64,000 nt of DNA from Mogibacterium sp. (GCA_024403035.1 JAKSSP010000005.1:24176-88175); one strand, 5' to 3'. Positions 28,415-37,472 are shown, counted from the stretch's first letter. Notes: generated by a model not told the origin, from the sequence alone. Numbers and translations are program-made.

Positions 28415-29326
28415 TTATATGATCACTTTGCCTTCCAAAACAGCCTTGAGGCGTTCGCCGTACGGGCTCTTGCCGTAGCGTTTGACGCTCTTCGCTAGCA
28501 TCTCATCATCGATCCATCCCATGTGGTATGCGATTTCTTCCGGTGATGAGATCGTCATTCCCTGATACTGCTCAATCATACTTACGAAGTCGGTGGCTTT
28601 CTGAAGACTGTCAAAAGTCCCGGCATCCATCCAGGTGTAGCCGCGGCCAAGCAGCTGGGCATTCAGTATGCCTTGTTGCAGATACATGTCGTTCAGGGTG
28701 GTGATCTCCAGCTCTCCGCGGGCAGAAGGCGTTACCTTGTCCGCCATATCGCTCACGCCCTTCGGGTAGAAATACAGACCGACTATGGCGTAATTGCTCT
28801 TAGGCTGTTTTGGCTTTTCTTCAACAGATATGACTTTTACCGACCGTTCTCCCGCTTCTCCTTTTTCAAACTCCATTATTCCAAAGCGTTTAGGATCTTC
28901 GACATAGTATCCGAATATTGTGGCCTTGCCGTTTTCCGCATCCTCGCGCGCGTCCATGAGTTTGTGGTTGAGACCGTTTCCATAGAAGATATTGTCACCC
29001 AGCACCATCGCGCAGGCGTCATCTCCTATAAAGTCCCTGCCAATGGTAAACGCCTGAGCGAGCCCTTCTGGCTTCGCCTGTACGGCATATGAAAGTTCGA
29101 CGCCGAATTTGGAACCATCACCAAGGAGTTCTTCGATCCTCGGTGTGTCCTCCGGTGTGCTGATTATCAGGATCTCTCTGATGCTGGCCAGCATCAGTGT
29201 CGATAAAGGATAAAAAATCATCGGTTTATCGTATACCGGAAGCAACTGCTTTGATGTCACTATCGTGAGCGGATAAAGCCTTGTACCGGCTCCGCCTGCA
29301 AGTATTATTCCTTTCATGTCTGTCAT
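28415..29326 (-). CDS. rfbA: Glucose-1-phosphate thymidylyltransferase
   Basis: MKGIILAGGAGTRLYPLT...YGNG...EKPKQPKSNYA, the RmlA family signature. Confidence 0.9.
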   Translation of the reverse strand: MTDMKGIILAGGAGTRLYPLTIVTSKQLLPVYDKPMIFYPLSTLMLASIREILIISTPEDTPRIEELLGDGSKFGVELSYAVQAKPEGLAQAFTIGRDFIGDDACAMVLGDNIFYGNGLNHKLMDAREDAENGKATIFGYYVEDPKRFGIMEFEKGEAGERSVKVISVEEKPKQPKSNYAIVGLYFYPKGVSDMADKVTPSARGELEITTLNDMYLQQGILNAQLLGRGYTWMDAGTFDSLQKATDFVSMIEQYQGMTISSPEEIAYHMGWIDDEMLAKSVKRYGKSPYGERLKAVLEGKVII

Positions 29327-29383
29327 CTCCTGATGTATTGAAGTAATACCTTAAGTTGATTGTACCACACTTTCCGGCTTGTT

Positions 29384-30118
29384 TTAATCATGCCGGGTAT
29401 CATCATCAAAGCATTCGCAAAACCTGGCTGCAAATGATGGTTCCTCGCCGTGAACATAAAGGTGCGTTGTCTCTCCGTAGGCAAGCATCCTGAATGTGGC
29501 AATGCCTTTTCTTCTCTCCTCGGTAACGAGCGTTGTGACTGATGTTGTCCGCGCGCAGAAATTCTGCCAGATGACTGCAGGCGATGTTCCGAAGAGATGG
29601 CTGAGCAGCACTGATTCGAGCCCAAAGTGACAGAACAGGACTATAGTGTCATGGTTCGGTCTCTCTGCGCGGTAGTATCCGCCGTCACGCACGTATCCGT
29701 GCCAGGCAAGAAGCTCGTCAAGCATCTCTGTGATCATGCGGTATTCTTCGCCTACTCCGGCCTCTGCCATTTGCTCATTCTCTGCCCAGTGGTCTTTATC
29801 ATAAAGCCGCGGGTCCTTTGTCCAGTCCTGCGGCAGCCAGTCCCAGGCGATATGCTCATTCATCGGGTCATCCGGCCTTTGTATGCGTATATCAAATTCC
29901 CTAAGCCAAGGCAGGATCACCGGTTTGCGGCCGGTTTTGCAGAGGGCGATCTCTGCCGTTTCTTTGGCCCTGCCGTATGGTGATGTGTAATAGTAAGTAG
30001 CCCCGCTTACCTGATCGCATAGCCAATCCGGAAGGCATTCGGCTTCGCGCCGGCCCTTTTCTGTCAAAGAGTCTTTCTTGTAGTCGGGCTCTCCGTGTCT
30101 GATTATCAATATCTTCAT
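29384..30118 (-). CDS. Histidine phosphatase (phosphoglycerate-mutase-like) family protein
   Basis: The N-terminal IIRHGE catalytic motif is present. 244 aa. It lies 29 nt downstream of the Fic gene on the same strand. Confidence 0.75.
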   Translation of the reverse strand: MKILIIRHGEPDYKKDSLTEKGRREAECLPDWLCDQVSGATYYYTSPYGRAKETAEIALCKTGRKPVILPWLREFDIRIQRPDDPMNEHIAWDWLPQDWTKDPRLYDKDHWAENEQMAEAGVGEEYRMITEMLDELLAWHGYVRDGGYYRAERPNHDTIVLFCHFGLESVLLSHLFGTSPAVIWQNFCARTTSVTTLVTEERRKGIATFRMLAYGETTHLYVHGEEPSFAARFCECFDDDTRHD

Positions 30119-30147
30119 AGCTCTATTCTCGGCGGTTTCACTGCGCG

Positions 30148-31329
30148 TTACAACCTATCGATCCTTAATTTGTAGTATTTTGCTCTATCTGTCATTTTTT
30201 CATCTAATAACCCCTTATCGCGGATCGTAGACAGGCGCTTATTCAAAGTTGGTCTGGATACATCAAAGATGCTCAGCAGTTCTTCCGTTTGTGCTCCTGA
30301 AGACGAAAAAAGGGTTGCCTGTATGAGGATATGAAACAACTTTTGCAGCTTTCCATCTTCTGTCAATTCGTTGGTTTTTTTGTATAGATACTGCAGGGCA
30401 ATTTCTTTCTGCAGCAGATCCTCCTCGATCTGCAGGCATGCTTTTTCTATCACATCAACAAACATGATGATGAACGGTGTTATATCTCCCTTATTCAGCT
30501 TTGCGTTGCATGCCTTAAAAGCCTTATAGTAGCTATTGATATCATCCTTGATCACATATGACAGTGTATATCCGGCAAGCGGGTGAAGTACCTTAGTCAG
30601 CATATAGCTGCTTATGAACCTGCTGAGCCTGCCATTTCCATCATAAAATGGATGTATATAGCCAAATAAATAGTGAAAAACAGCTGTCCTGATTATTATA
30701 TCTTCTATATCATCGTTAAGGTATCCCAACGCCTTGTCCATCGCTTCTATAATCGCCCTTTCAGGCATCACTCCTACATGGACCGCTTCCTGTGTAGGCG
30801 CAACTACCTTGACCGTTTCCTTTCGGAATAGCTCTCCATCCGGAAGATTCGATGGTTCCTGTTCTGCTATTTCTGCAGCAACCAGCTCATTATAAAGAGC
30901 CCTGACGTCCTTGCTGCTGCTAAGCTCTATCGTTTCACGATCATTGAGCATCCTGTACTTGTTTACCAGCCCATGAAAGCGATGTCTTCTATTCTTCTGT
31001 TCCAGATCAGACAGAACTTCTTCTATTTCCTTATGTGTGCTTTGGACCCCTTCTATTTCATTGGTGATCACGATCTCTTCGATCAGGCATTTATCTGCAT
31101 ACCGGTGCAAAGCAGCTGGCGGAAGCTTTTGGCATATTTCCAGAATATGTTCGTTTATTCGCTGGATGTTGATTATTTTTTTATATACTTCCACATCCTG
31201 AACATAGAAAGCCGGGTTTCCGTTGATCATGATCCCCAGCTTGATCCCTTCCGCAAACCGGGTGTTATATGTCTCCTCGTACTCTTCCCTGCTCTTATAG
31301 TATAGTTTTGACAATTGTTCGTATTTCAT
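30148..31329 (-). CDS. Fic family protein with an internal inhibitory motif and a C-terminal winged-helix
   Basis: Fic active site HPFYDGNGRLSR. N-terminal TNEIEG matches the (S/T)xxxE(G/N) auto-inhibition motif. The C-terminal RPTLNKRLSTIRDKGLL segment looks like a winged HTH. I prefer the ATG at 31329 (MKYEQ) to the ORF-track start at 31395. Confidence 0.8.
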   Translation of the reverse strand: MKYEQLSKLYYKSREEYEETYNTRFAEGIKLGIMINGNPAFYVQDVEVYKKIINIQRINEHILEICQKLPPAALHRYADKCLIEEIVITNEIEGVQSTHKEIEEVLSDLEQKNRRHRFHGLVNKYRMLNDRETIELSSSKDVRALYNELVAAEIAEQEPSNLPDGELFRKETVKVVAPTQEAVHVGVMPERAIIEAMDKALGYLNDDIEDIIIRTAVFHYLFGYIHPFYDGNGRLSRFISSYMLTKVLHPLAGYTLSYVIKDDINSYYKAFKACNAKLNKGDITPFIIMFVDVIEKACLQIEEDLLQKEIALQYLYKKTNELTEDGKLQKLFHILIQATLFSSSGAQTEELLSIFDVSRPTLNKRLSTIRDKGLLDEKMTDRAKYYKLRIDRL

Positions 31330-31378
31330 GTCTTGTACGCCTTGTTGATGCTCTATAAAAAACTTTACACTTGACGTT

Positions 31379-31442
31379 AAAAACGGGCATGACATTTAAA
31401 GTTTTATGGCAAAATTTTAAACGTCATGCCCGTTTTTGTCAA
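31379..31442 (-). promoter_or_regulatory. Putative sigma-A promoter of fic embedded in a 15-bp inverted repeat
   Basis: On the minus strand: TTGACA (31442-31437), a 17-nt spacer, then TAAAAT (31419-31414). The arms AAAAACGGGCATGAC (31379-31393) and GTCATGCCCGTTTTT (31423-31437) are perfect complements. One arm fills the spacer and the other lies downstream of the predicted start site. Confidence 0.55.
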
Positions 31443-31469
31443 TACAGTGCAATTTTTGCAATTATTTTA

Positions 31470-31507
31470 CATAAAATAGTGGAGGCCACAATTGCGGCGG
31501 CCTCCAC
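31470..31507 (-). terminator. Rho-independent terminator of rbr
   Basis: gtggaggcc (31479-31487) pairs with ggcctccac (31499-31507), followed on the minus strand by a T-rich tract. Confidence 0.7.
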
Positions 31508-31517
31508 TCATGCAGCA

Positions 31518-32057
31518 TCAATAGTTCTCTGCGTTTAGCTCAAAGTATGCCTGCGGATGAGCGCAAACCGGGCACATCTGCGGAGCTTTGGTTCCTACAA
31601 CGATATGTCCGCAGTTGCGGCACTCCCATACCTTGACTTCGCTCTTCTCGAAGACTTCCTGTGCCTCTACGTTGTGCAGCAGCGCGCGATAGCGCTCTTC
31701 ATGATGCTTCTCTATGGCTGCTACCATGCGGAACTTGGCTGCCAGTGCCTTGAAGCCTTCTTCCTCGGCTGTCTTCGCGAAGCCTTCGTACATGTCGGTC
31801 CACTCGTAGTTCTCGCCCTCTGCTGCTGCAAGCAGGTTCTCTGCTGTTGTGCCTATGCCTTCGAGCTCCTTGAACCACATCTTTGCGTGTTCTTTCTCGT
31901 TGTCGGCTGTCTTCTGGAAGAGCGCGGCGATCTGTTCAAAGCCTTCCTTCTTAGCCTTGGAAGCAAAATAAGTGTACTTGTTGCGTGCCTGTGACTCGCC
32001 TGCGAATGCTTCCATCAGGTTCTTTTCTGTCTGTGTTCCTTCGTATTTGTTTGCCAT
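31518..32057 (-). CDS. rbr: Rubrerythrin
   Basis: Ferritin-like ExxH motifs ([17 protein letters not shown]) plus a C-terminal rubredoxin CxxC...CxxC (CRNCGH, CPVCAH). Confidence 0.9.
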   Translation of the reverse strand: MANKYEGTQTEKNLMEAFAGESQARNKYTYFASKAKKEGFEQIAALFQKTADNEKEHAKMWFKELEGIGTTAENLLAAAEGENYEWTDMYEGFAKTAEEEGFKALAAKFRMVAAIEKHHEERYRALLHNVEAQEVFEKSEVKVWECRNCGHIVVGTKAPQMCPVCAHPQAYFELNAENY

Positions 32058-32223
32058 GACATTTCCCTCCTTATCTCTGTCTTGGATCCTTGATTATCAT
32101 ATGTATTATATCTATATGAGGCAGACATTCTCAACTAAAAACTTCCCGTTCCGGACTTTGCTAAATTCTTTATGCGCATGCCCTCTTTTGTGCTACAATT
32201 CGGGTGTAAGGGAGGCTTTGTAT

Positions 32224-32958
32224 ATGAATATTTTCAAGACAGGACCTAGATTCATAAGGGGATATATCGAGACTAAGAAATTCGCTTCGATCAAGAAGCA
32301 GGCTGAAGCGCTGCGCGCTGCCGGCGACCTTCGCGGCGAGAAGGAGCTGATCTGGGCCGCCCAGAAGCGCTGGGTAGAGGCTGTGACTCCTATACTGGGG
32401 CTCACTTATGAGGTCCGCGGAGAAGAGAACGTCCCGTCTCTTGAGGATGGTCCTTTCATGATGTACAGCAACCATCAGAGTTTCGCGGACATCTGCGCTA
32501 CACTGTGGCTGATGAAAGATCACGGCCCGATGGGATATGTCTCAAAGAAGGAATGGAGCAAGTATCCTATACTGGCTGACGTTGTCGAATACTCGCGCTC
32601 TATCTATCTGGTGCGCAACAATCCGAAGGAGGCAGTCAAGGCTCTAGGCGAAGCCAAGAAGATACTCGATCAGGGTTTCAGTCTTTGCATCTTCCCTGAA
32701 GGGACCCGCTCACATAAGCACGAGATGGGCGAATTCAAGGCCGGCGCTTTCAAGTTTGCGGAAAAGGCGAAGGTTCCTATCCTGCCTGTTACCATCGATG
32801 GAACTTATCATTTCTTTGAGGAGGACGGCAGCTGGAAACCTGCGCACATAAAGGTGACGGCTCATCCGCTGGTGCACATCGAAGATATGGACCGCGAGCA
32901 TCAGCACGAAGCGCAAAAGCAGATAGAAGCAACTATCCGCGCAGCATTAGACAAGTAA
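32224..32958 (+). CDS. plsC: 1-acyl-sn-glycerol-3-phosphate acyltransferase
   Basis: NHQSFADI (HX4D) and FPEGTRS motifs. I prefer the ATG at 32224, behind GGGAGG; the longer track ORF (31972) overlaps rbr. An extended -10 (TGCTACAAT) lies upstream. Confidence 0.8.
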   Translation: MNIFKTGPRFIRGYIETKKFASIKKQAEALRAAGDLRGEKELIWAAQKRWVEAVTPILGLTYEVRGEENVPSLEDGPFMMYSNHQSFADICATLWLMKDHGPMGYVSKKEWSKYPILADVVEYSRSIYLVRNNPKEAVKALGEAKKILDQGFSLCIFPEGTRSHKHEMGEFKAGAFKFAEKAKVPILPVTIDGTYHFFEEDGSWKPAHIKVTAHPLVHIEDMDREHQHEAQKQIEATIRAALDK

Positions 32959-32976
32959 TTTAAATAAGTAATGAGG

Positions 32977-33003
32977 AAGGGGACGGGCCTCCGTCCCTTT
33001 TTA
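32977..33003 (+). terminator. Rho-independent terminator of plsC
   Basis: aaggggacgg / ccgtcccttt stem with loop gcct, followed by a T run. Confidence 0.75.
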
Positions 33004-33021
33004 AGAAGAAAGGATATAGAA

Positions 33022-33468
33022 ATGCGTTTTGTGATACAGCGTGTTAAGCACGCATCTGTAAGTGTAGGCGGCGAGGTCGTCGGTAAGATAGGCCGCGGGT
33101 ATATGGTGCTTGTTGGCGTATGCGATGCCGATGATGAAGCTATCGCTGACAAGATGGTCAATAAGATGATCAATCTTCGCATCAACAGGGATTCCGAAGG
33201 AAAGACAAATCTTTCGCTTGCGGACGTAGAAGGTGAGCTGCTTCTGGTGTCGCAATTCACATTGTACGCGAACTGCAAGAAAGGCAACCGGCCGTCGTTC
33301 GTTGATGCCGGCTCGCCTGAGCACGCGAACGCGCTGTACGAGTATATTCTCGAGAAGTGCCGCGAGCGCGTTCCTGTAGTCGAGAAGGGAATGTTTGGCG
33401 AGGAGATGGCAGTCGAGCTACTGAACGACGGCCCTTTCACCATTATTTTGGATTCGGAAAAGCTATAG
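33022..33468 (+). CDS. dtd: D-aminoacyl-tRNA deacylase
   Basis: [15 protein letters not shown]...[10 protein letters not shown]...SQFTLYA..KGNRPSF, the Dtd family signature. Start taken at the ATG at 33022. Confidence 0.9.
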   Translation: MRFVIQRVKHASVSVGGEVVGKIGRGYMVLVGVCDADDEAIADKMVNKMINLRINRDSEGKTNLSLADVEGELLLVSQFTLYANCKKGNRPSFVDAGSPEHANALYEYILEKCRERVPVVEKGMFGEEMAVELLNDGPFTIILDSEKL

Positions 33469-33497
33469 TTTTCCAAGTATTAAGGATGGTTTGACTA

Positions 33498-33548
33498 AGA
33501 TCCGGCAATAAATGACCGAAATCCGTCATTTATTGCACGGATCTTTTG
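33498..33548 (+). terminator. Rho-independent terminator of dtd
   Basis: A 19-bp stem, agatccggcaataaatgac / gtcatttattgc(a)cggatct, followed by TTTT. Confidence 0.8.
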
Positions 33549-33635
33549 TTTTGACTTATAAGTCAACATTTTTCACATGGAAAAGTCTGTACAGTTTTCT
33601 CTATGTTAATATGCCAAAATGAGCTCAGAAGTAAA

Positions 33636-33664
33636 TTGACAATATGGGATATATCCCATATACT
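33636..33664 (+). promoter_or_regulatory. Putative promoter with a 20-bp perfect palindromic operator
   Basis: TTGACA (33636-33641), a 17-nt spacer, then TATACT (33659-33664). The palindrome ATATGGGATATATCCCATAT (33642-33661) fills the spacer and overlaps the -10. Confidence 0.6.
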
Positions 33665-33682
33665 TGAAAGGAGAAAGCTTAT

Positions 33683-33808
33683 ATGCCTACCATAAGTTAT
33701 TTCTACGGTATTACCATAATAATGTATCCCCGAGTGAAAGAGCACAATCCTCACACATTTAAGGTAAAGGGCAGATATGGCACATGTACACAAAGAGTAT
33801 TATCATAA
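33683..33808 (+). CDS. DUF4160-like N-terminal fragment (41 aa)
   Basis: Strong RBS GAAAGGAG and ATG. MPTISYFYGITIIMYPRVKEHNPH resembles the conserved N-terminus of DUF4160 proteins, but the PPHFH histidines are lost (PHTFK) and the ORF stops early. It overlaps the next gene. Confidence 0.4.
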   Translation: MPTISYFYGITIIMYPRVKEHNPHTFKVKGRYGTCTQRVLS

Positions 33809-34313
33809 GGCCTTGCAGCTGAAATTTCTTGAAGATGTTTCTCTTAAAGTGACTTTTGAGGACGGTCTTGTCAAGCGATTTGATATGTCGTCTCTTTTTG
33901 AGGAACAGCCTGAATACAAAGCTTTGGAAAATCGGGCCTTGTTTGAATCAGGTCAGCTTCTTAGCTTTGTTATCGTCTGGAATGACTTATTGGATATTGA
34001 AACTGAGGAGATCTATGACTGTGGCACTACTGTTAAAAGAGTTGCTCCGTTTATGATGGGAAATGTTGGAAATCCCGTCAGTACCGCCCGTCGTTCCAGA
34101 GGGCTCTCTCAGACGGAACTTGCAGAAAAAGCAGCCATGGATCAATCTGACATATCAAAAATCGAGAGGGGTCTTGCGAACCCCTCTGTCAGAACTTTAC
34201 AGAAGATAGCAAATGCTCTCAACTGTACGCTTGTTATCAATTTTAAATCTAATGAACCTGATGACCCTCTCTTCTATCCTGAGCTTGAAGATAGTGGGTT
34301 TGAGATACGTTAG
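33777..34313 (+). CDS. DUF2442 domain fused to an XRE-family HTH
   Basis: The N-terminal part reads LKVTFEDGLVKRFDMSSL...IVWNDLLDIETEEIY (DUF2442 pattern). The C-terminal part reads RRSRGLSQTELAEKAAMDQSDISKIERGLANPSVRTLQKIANAL (XRE/Cro HTH). Confidence 0.7.
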   Translation: MAHVHKEYYHKALQLKFLEDVSLKVTFEDGLVKRFDMSSLFEEQPEYKALENRALFESGQLLSFVIVWNDLLDIETEEIYDCGTTVKRVAPFMMGNVGNPVSTARRSRGLSQTELAEKAAMDQSDISKIERGLANPSVRTLQKIANALNCTLVINFKSNEPDDPLFYPELEDSGFEIR

Positions 34314-35377
34314 AGTCCAGTCTTATTGTATCCCTGAGGGTTGTGGCTCTGCCAGTTCCAAGCGTCGCGACAGATCTCGTCTATGCCGCGGCTCGCCTCC
34401 CAGCCGAGCACGGCCTTTGCCTTTGAGGCGTCTGCCCAGCTGTCCTGCACGTCGCCGGCCCGGCGGGCGCCTATTTCATAGGCGACAGCGTGCCCGCACG
34501 CGCGTCCGAAAGCATCCACCATCTCGAGCACGCTGTAAGGCGAGCCCGTACCCAGATTGAACACTTCCGTACCCTTATGCGTGTCTGCATATTCCGCAGC
34601 TTTCACATGACCTTCCGCAAGATCCATCACGTGGATATAGTCTCTGCGGCAGGTGCCGTCCGGTGTATCGTAATCATTTCCAAAAACTGTCAGGTGATCA
34701 CGTCTGCCGACCGCTACCTGTGAGATGTAAGGCATCAGGTTGTTAGGGATGCCCTGAGGATCTTCGCCTATCAGGCCGCTCTCATGCGCGCCGACCGGGT
34801 TGAAGTATCTCAGAAGCACTACCGACAGTGGAGTCTTCCATCCATTGGCTGTGTTGGCGCTTCCGTCCGAAGCCTCGCTTGAGAACTGCGCATCTGTCAG
34901 CATCTGTTCCTGCATCCACTTGGTCCAGCCATACGGATTGGTGCACATGCCCTTTGTCGCGTCCTCAGTGAACGGAGGGATATGGTCTTCTCCATATACG
35001 GTAGCAGAACTGGAGAATACTATATTTGAAAGTCCCAGCTCTCTCATGCATTCAAGAAGAGTCAGCGTCGTGTCTATATTATTCCTGTAATATTCCACAG
35101 GCATCGCCACCGATTCGCCGACTGCCTTGAGTCCCGCAAAGTGGATTATGCAGTCAGGCATCTCCGCGCTGAGGATCTCCATCATGCTCTCTTTATCGGC
35201 AACGTCTGCATCGTAGAGCGACACCTTCTTGCCCGTAATCTTCTCTACACGCGATATCGCCTCCGCCGAGCTGTTAACATAGTTATCCACGACAGCGACT
35301 TCGTGGCCCGCCTCCAACATGGCTACTGCAGTATGCGATCCTATATATCCGGCACCGCCGGTAAGTAAAGTCTTCAT
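34310..35377 (-). CDS. galE: UDP-glucose 4-epimerase
   Basis: LLTGGAGYIGSH Rossmann motif, the YGWTK catalytic region and a length of 355 aa. Confidence 0.9.
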   Translation of the reverse strand: MKTLLTGGAGYIGSHTAVAMLEAGHEVAVVDNYVNSSAEAISRVEKITGKKVSLYDADVADKESMMEILSAEMPDCIIHFAGLKAVGESVAMPVEYYRNNIDTTLTLLECMRELGLSNIVFSSSATVYGEDHIPPFTEDATKGMCTNPYGWTKWMQEQMLTDAQFSSEASDGSANTANGWKTPLSVVLLRYFNPVGAHESGLIGEDPQGIPNNLMPYISQVAVGRRDHLTVFGNDYDTPDGTCRRDYIHVMDLAEGHVKAAEYADTHKGTEVFNLGTGSPYSVLEMVDAFGRACGHAVAYEIGARRAGDVQDSWADASKAKAVLGWEASRGIDEICRDAWNWQSHNPQGYNKTGL

Positions 35378-35426
35378 CCTGAAATGTCTCCTTTAAATAC
35401 AACCGATTCTGTTCTTACAGTTTATC

Positions 35427-36635
35427 TTAATCTCTTTCGATAGTAAACGGACTTTGAGTCTCCCTGCTGTAATTATCCTCAGATATGAGGTCTTCATCTA
35501 TGCCTCCCTTGTACGGATCGCCTGCGCCTGCATGTCCCAGCACATGCGGACCGTTTGCATCATATCTCGTAATTATCATTCTGTCTGTATAGATCTGCAG
35601 GACCGTTCCCGTAAGTGTCATGTCGGCAGCCGCATATTTGTCCGGATCGCCCTCATCGTATTGCGAAGCCGCACAGTTCATATAATATCCGGTGTAGCCC
35701 GCATTGAGATAAGTGAAGCGGAGTGTTTCCTCCGAGTACGTGTCCGTATCTATCTTGTATTCGTTGAATGACGGTATGAGAATGGTATCGCCGGCTGTCT
35801 TGAAGACACTGCTTCCTCCCATGTAGCAGTCCCATCCCTTTGAATGGTTGTGCCCATACAGATAGACTATGTCCAGCGACCCTGCTGCTTCATTCACCAC
35901 ATTGAAGATGAGTGATGAATACAGGTTATCTCCTGTCGAATGTTTCGAAGAAGTCCTTGCTGTAAAGTGCAGTGGTACATGTCCTGCTATGATGACCGGC
36001 CTTGTCTCCCCTTTCCGTATCAAATCATCAAGGTATTCTTTCATGGCCTCTGATGACTTCGTAACCTTTGCCAGGCAGCCGGACTTCTTCCCCTGCTTCC
36101 ACGGGAAATCCTCTTCAGCATTGAGTACGTAGATCAGGTAATCGCCTTCATCATGCAGACCGCTTTCTGTTATCTGTTCAGTTAGTCTGTCGTGATTGCC
36201 CTGCACAAAGATCATGTCATCATCGCTCATACCCGGGAACTCTTCCTTTGCAATCCCGCGTATCTCTTCAACGGATTCGTCCGGGCTCAGCTGATAATCA
36301 TGCAGAACTCTGTCATTCGTATAATCGCCGCAGATGACTATTCTGTCTATGGTCTTGCCGTCCGCCTTTACTGCCCTGATCAAAGCTCTCAATGTGTCTG
36401 CCGGTGCATCGAAGCCCGCTTCAGGCTGGTAGTCCGAGGCAAAGAAAACCGTCGCAAGAGGGCCTGCCTCTTCCTCTTCCTGCTGCTCTTCTGTTTGCTC
36501 TGTTACCGCTTCGGCAGTTTGCTCCTTCTGCCCTTCAGCTTTCGCTTTATTCGAACGGGCAATTCCAAAGGAAACCGCAGCTAACGCGATCAGCAGCGTG
36601 ATTATTAATATTATCCTGATGGTTTTCTTATTCAT
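35427..36635 (-). CDS. Membrane-anchored metallophosphoesterase
   Basis: An N-terminal transmembrane helix and an acidic linker, followed by the calcineurin-like motifs GDYTND, VQGNHD, GHVPLH and GHNH. Confidence 0.7.
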   Translation of the reverse strand: MNKKTIRIILIITLLIALAAVSFGIARSNKAKAEGQKEQTAEAVTEQTEEQQEEEEAGPLATVFFASDYQPEAGFDAPADTLRALIRAVKADGKTIDRIVICGDYTNDRVLHDYQLSPDESVEEIRGIAKEEFPGMSDDDMIFVQGNHDRLTEQITESGLHDEGDYLIYVLNAEEDFPWKQGKKSGCLAKVTKSSEAMKEYLDDLIRKGETRPVIIAGHVPLHFTARTSSKHSTGDNLYSSLIFNVVNEAAGSLDIVYLYGHNHSKGWDCYMGGSSVFKTAGDTILIPSFNEYKIDTDTYSEETLRFTYLNAGYTGYYMNCAASQYDEGDPDKYAAADMTLTGTVLQIYTDRMIITRYDANGPHVLGHAGAGDPYKGGIDEDLISEDNYSRETQSPFTIERD

Positions 36636-36647
36636 TGCTTTAAAGCA

Positions 36648-37442
36648 TTACAGCAGCCAGCCCTTTATGATTGCGTCTATCTTCTTCACATCGATCCCGC
36701 CATCATCCTGGTCATAAGTAATGATCAGATTGTCCCAAGGGGTGATTCCGATGTCTGCATATTCTCTCAGTTTACGGATGTTTTCTTCAAGGTACCTCAT
36801 GTCTGTTGTTCTTCCGAGATGCTCCCAATAGAATATCTTGCCGTCCCGCGGTCTTCTTATGGTAAAGTCCGGAACCCTGTTGACATCCGGATGTGGTATT
36901 CTCGCTTCATATCTGTATGGTATTCCGAAAAATTCCAATCTTGAAGCTATGATCAACTCTCCTTTGGATCTCATTCTATCCCCTAAAGAAGATGTTGATT
37001 TCAAACCATCTTCATAGAGACCCTCCGGCTTCCGATAATCCTCCATCCACTCCTCATTGCTCATATTACCATAATGAAGGCCTTCTTTGAGATCGGGATG
37101 CTTTTGGATATATTCTTTCATGACTGAGTCTTCATCTATCTCTTTATATTGCGCAAGTATTCCTTCCAGCAGTTGGAGGTCTTTATCGATCCTGCTGATT
37201 GCCCCATTCAGATATCGTTTCCGCACTAGTTTGTTTATTTGCTCTTTGTCTTTAGTAATTCCCTTTCGAAATGTCTTTTTTCGTCTTCCTCCTTTTGGGA
37301 TCTGCCATGTATAGTAACACTTTTCTTCATATGTTCTGATGTTCAGATAGCCATCTGGCAAATCACGCTGTTGCCTTTCAAGCAGATTCTTCTGCTTTTG
37401 CAGATCACTATAGATGTTCTGCAGTTGTTCTTTATAAACCAT
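36648..37442 (-). CDS. Orphan protein with a C-terminal PD-(D/E)xK (restriction-endonuclease-like) signature
   Basis: The C-terminal part reads SKGELIIASRLEFFGIPYRYEARI..VPDFTI..GKIFYWEHLG..NLIITY. This fits the E...PDF...E-x-(K/L)-G nuclease-core pattern seen in TnsA/Vsr-like and helicase-associated nuclease domains. The N-terminal half looks coiled-coil and basic. I prefer the ATG at 37442, behind AAGGAAGGAG. Confidence 0.5.
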   Translation of the reverse strand: MVYKEQLQNIYSDLQKQKNLLERQQRDLPDGYLNIRTYEEKCYYTWQIPKGGRRKKTFRKGITKDKEQINKLVRKRYLNGAISRIDKDLQLLEGILAQYKEIDEDSVMKEYIQKHPDLKEGLHYGNMSNEEWMEDYRKPEGLYEDGLKSTSSLGDRMRSKGELIIASRLEFFGIPYRYEARIPHPDVNRVPDFTIRRPRDGKIFYWEHLGRTTDMRYLEENIRKLREYADIGITPWDNLIITYDQDDGGIDVKKIDAIIKGWLL

Positions 37443-37472
37443 CTTCGCTGCTCCTTCCTTTTCTGTGAATAC

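Noticed and set aside
32058-32223. AT-rich palindromic-looking sequence (TTGATTATCATATGTATTATATC) upstream of rubrerythrin, considered as a PerR/Fur-type box.
   Set aside because: The resemblance to the TTATAAT-N-ATTATAA consensus is only partial, and I cannot score it without a matrix. It is not strong enough to report as a site.
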